A DNA stretch of 35,143 nt, taken from positions 1 through 35,143 of the forward strand of contig KZ539050.1 of the NCBI GenBank assembly GCA_000934665.2. The letters are read 5' to 3'. Below the pieces are notes generated by a model. It saw only the letters and a list, made by a program, of their open reading frames with translations, did not search any database and was not told the DNA's origin. Source of the stretch: Catajapyx aquilonaris (taxonomy: Eukaryota). The position numbers and the translations under genes were made by a program. Below, in pieces: positions 32,471 to 35,143 of the stretch (positions within the stretch are counted from its first letter, which is position 1; every line of letters starts with the position of its first letter).

Positions 32471-32630
32471 CAGTGTTGGACATTAATTGAGGCATACTGC
32501 CAGCAACATTTTCCGAAGCGGCAGAAGAAGGAATTTTCCCCCAAAAAGTGGTTATGCCCTCGCAAGGGGTTACATAATAAATAAATAAATAAATAGGAAG
32601 GAATCTTGCTCGCCCGGCTTGCAGTATCCT
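32471..32630. mobile_element. Partial MITE (9005 family) interrupted by a 62-bp tail-only retroinsertion (32535-32596)
   Basis: TA|CAGTGTTGGACATTAAT start. GAAGGAAT is duplicated at 32527-32534 and 32597-32604 around CCCCC..GGGG plus (AAAT)n. Confidence 0.78.
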
Positions 32631-33765
32631 TATCTATGGGCAATTCCACGAAAGAGCAGACATGGGGTGCGGTTCTTACATCTTGACGCAGTTGGAATCT
32701 GAGTGACTAAAACCGATAGCATGTGGACCATGGTTTCCTTAGCCATGTTAGTTTGTGACAGTATCATTCCCAACAACACAGTATTATTCCCAGAGTATCT
32801 AAGCGTGCGCTCTGTGATATCCGTTCGGCTAATGCGCATTGCCAGCTGGTTATTCGCTGTACCGATATGTGAAAGGAAGAGAGACAGACGTCTTCATATA
32901 ATTCAAGGGCACAAAATGCAACATCGATCTGTGCAATCACTTTCCAGCCTCTTCCTGTACAAATGCCCCATTATTATCAGCTCACTTGACTGACCTAATT
33001 TTCAGTAACTCATCTGTAATTTGCTATAATCTCGTGATCTTGCCTTTCAAAATTAACATATCATTGTTCATGCTGTTGGCTGTGGTGACAGTCACCAACC
33101 AACCACTGCTGATTGCTGAACAGAACCATATCAAATGGCACAGAAGATCAATCAGACCCTATGCTAAGATGGTAGGGTTGCCTGTGGGTTATTTGTGCGG
33201 TTCTGAGATGGTGGCAGCCTAAAGCCTTGTTTTCACTGCTGACTACATGCCGCGAAGCACATGAACCTCGCACAGTTAAAACAGCATTAGTTTCTCATGC
33301 CGTTCCCTCCTCTTGGGCGGAGACGTGATGGTCTAGTGGGCTCGCGTGCAGGCAAACAGCGTGAGAAGGCCACACGAGAAGGCCACACGGAAAGGCAGTA
33401 GAGCATCTTTTTGTGACATCCACATACGAATTCCATGAGGTGCAGCCCCGTCCACCCCAACCTCCACGCCACCAGGCAAAATCCCCCCACCCTCCAGAGT
33501 GGTCACAAATGCCTGAGGTGAGGATCACTGTGCCAGGACCTGGCACGGAAGGTTGTAGTCAAACCGGATACGTTTTTCCAAGCGAAGATTGCACATGACA
33601 TGAATTCGCACCATGATATCGGCAGTGAAAACAAGGCTCAAGGCTATGCAGTGATACAGTTGACAAGGCTGGCTCTTTGAAAATGAAACTTTTAGTGCAG
33701 TTTTCACAGGCACAGCATTTTCATGTAATCTGATCCATTTCTGATTCACTTAAATGGGATTAAAA

Positions 33766-34332
33766 CGAGGGCCGTACTAAAATGATTTACAATTATTTTA
33801 TTTATTTTTGCCACAAATACAGGTCGGCTGATAGTCACACATTATCGAGAGAATCCTCCTGGAGCTGAATGAACAGGAGTCATGACTGTCGCAACCTTTC
33901 CAGGCCCTCCAGGAACTATGTTTTGTAGGTTCAGTGGACCCCCTCCCAGACAACTGCTTACAGTCAACAATGCCCTCGAAATTGCATCAGAGAAGGAGTT
34001 TTTTTCATGGATCTGAACAGGTGAAAGTCACTGGGGGCCAAGCCGGGTGAGTGCACCGGGTGTGTGCACCGGGTGTGGAAGCACCCAAACCCAGATCCAT
34101 GAAAAAAACCTTCGCAGACGCCATTTCGAGGACACTGTTGACAGTCGTTTACATTGTTGATTGTGCCTCGCACCTCCAAAAAGTGGTTCCTGGAGAGGTT
34201 GACAAACTTGTGGTGGTAGTGCATTCGGCTCCAGGAGGATTCTATCTATGATGTGTGACTATCTACAGACCTGTACGGGCACTGTATTTGAGGCAAAAAA
34301 ATAAATTTTAAATCATTTTAGTATGGACCTCG
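33766..34332. mobile_element. Mariner-derived non-autonomous element
   Basis: Inverted ends CGAGGGCCGTACTAAAATGATTTA / TAAATCATTTTAGTATGGACCTCG with ~100-bp arms. Minus-strand remnant HPVHSPGLAPSDFHLF (YSPDLAPSDFHLF motif). Confidence 0.85.
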
Positions 34333-35143
34333 TTCTAAAAAACAATGTCGACAATGAAATAAGCCATTAACCCTTTGTCTCCCGCTTGATAATGCACTCT
34401 TTGGGTGGGGGTTTAAAAAGAGCGCCCTAGGTGAAAATCACTGAATCTGGTACCATTGGTTTTGCTCTCAATTCCTGCACAAGAGGGGGCTGAACATTGC
34501 GAGACATACCAACCTAGGTTGCATATCGAGCGAGGGCATCAACCACCTCATATACTATGCAAAAGACAGTTGTGTCCTCCTATTTCGACATCTACGTGGG
34601 TTTTGAAAGGGGGCTTCCACCCCTGTAAAAATCCAAGATAATTCTATATGATTGCCCTGTCCATCTAATGAATTATGAAAACATTCAAGTGTCCCTTTAA
34701 AATTTTTCAAAAGTCCAGTTTAAAAGAAGTAACATGATCCTCCAGGTGCAACAAAAGGCGGCTCAGGTGTCAAGCAGGCAACGTCCAGAGCTCGGAGCAG
34801 TCCGCCCAGCCAATTAGGAGCGAGGACACTTTTTACGACCAAAATGGCGGCGGAGGAGATTGCCTACCCTTCACAATAGTTCTGATTTCCCCCCCCCCGG
34901 CGAGAAGTAAGTAGCAGGGTGGTTCCATTTCAAATCAGGCGGAGGCTGTCAGGGCTTGGTCTCCGATTATTACGGAAAAATTACACGATGTACCACTGTC
35001 GAAATGATGACGAATGACACTGGCTATTTTTCAGTGTCATTTTTTATTCGCCCTGAAAAAAATCATAACCGCAGGGGTACCAAATCTGCTATTTCTCGAA
35101 GTTCATTTTTTCTCAACTTTGGACGCGTGTACCAATTTTCCTA

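Noticed and set aside
32630..33600. Candidate upstream smaug exons
   Set aside because: No frame resembling the Smaug N-terminal (SSR1) sequence with compatible splice sites. Upstream exons probably lie beyond the window.

Overview
Eukaryotic genomic DNA, most likely a non-dipteran arthropod (inferred from SINE types, TTAGG-type tracts and protein similarity), with GT-AG introns and dense transposon debris. Three protein-coding genes can be reconstructed with phase-consistent splice sites. (1) The 5' part of FIG4/Sac3 phosphoinositide phosphatase lies on the - strand (5 exons, 10374->3001) and continues off the left edge. (2) A divergently transcribed two-exon gene on the + strand (11056-11658 + 14330-15454, 575 aa) joins an unrecognised ~200-aa N-terminal domain, at a phase-0 intron, to an F-box/LRR module. 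(3) The 3' part of smaug/SAMD4 lies on the - strand (5 exons, 31423->22885) and starts off the right edge. The rest is Tc1/mariner, pogo/Tigger, hAT(Buster) and piggyBac derivatives/MITEs, (GT)n-embedded MITEs and several tRNA-derived SINE families, one carrying a V-domain. Two observations stand out: the apparently chimeric F-box gene next to smaug, and a structurally conserved, covarying 3' double stem (CCCC-(T)AAR-[hairpin]-ANCAY-GGGG-TA) shared by 7-8 otherwise dissimilar retroposon ends, including ~63-bp tail-only insertions with TSDs. All calls are by eye; no searches were run.
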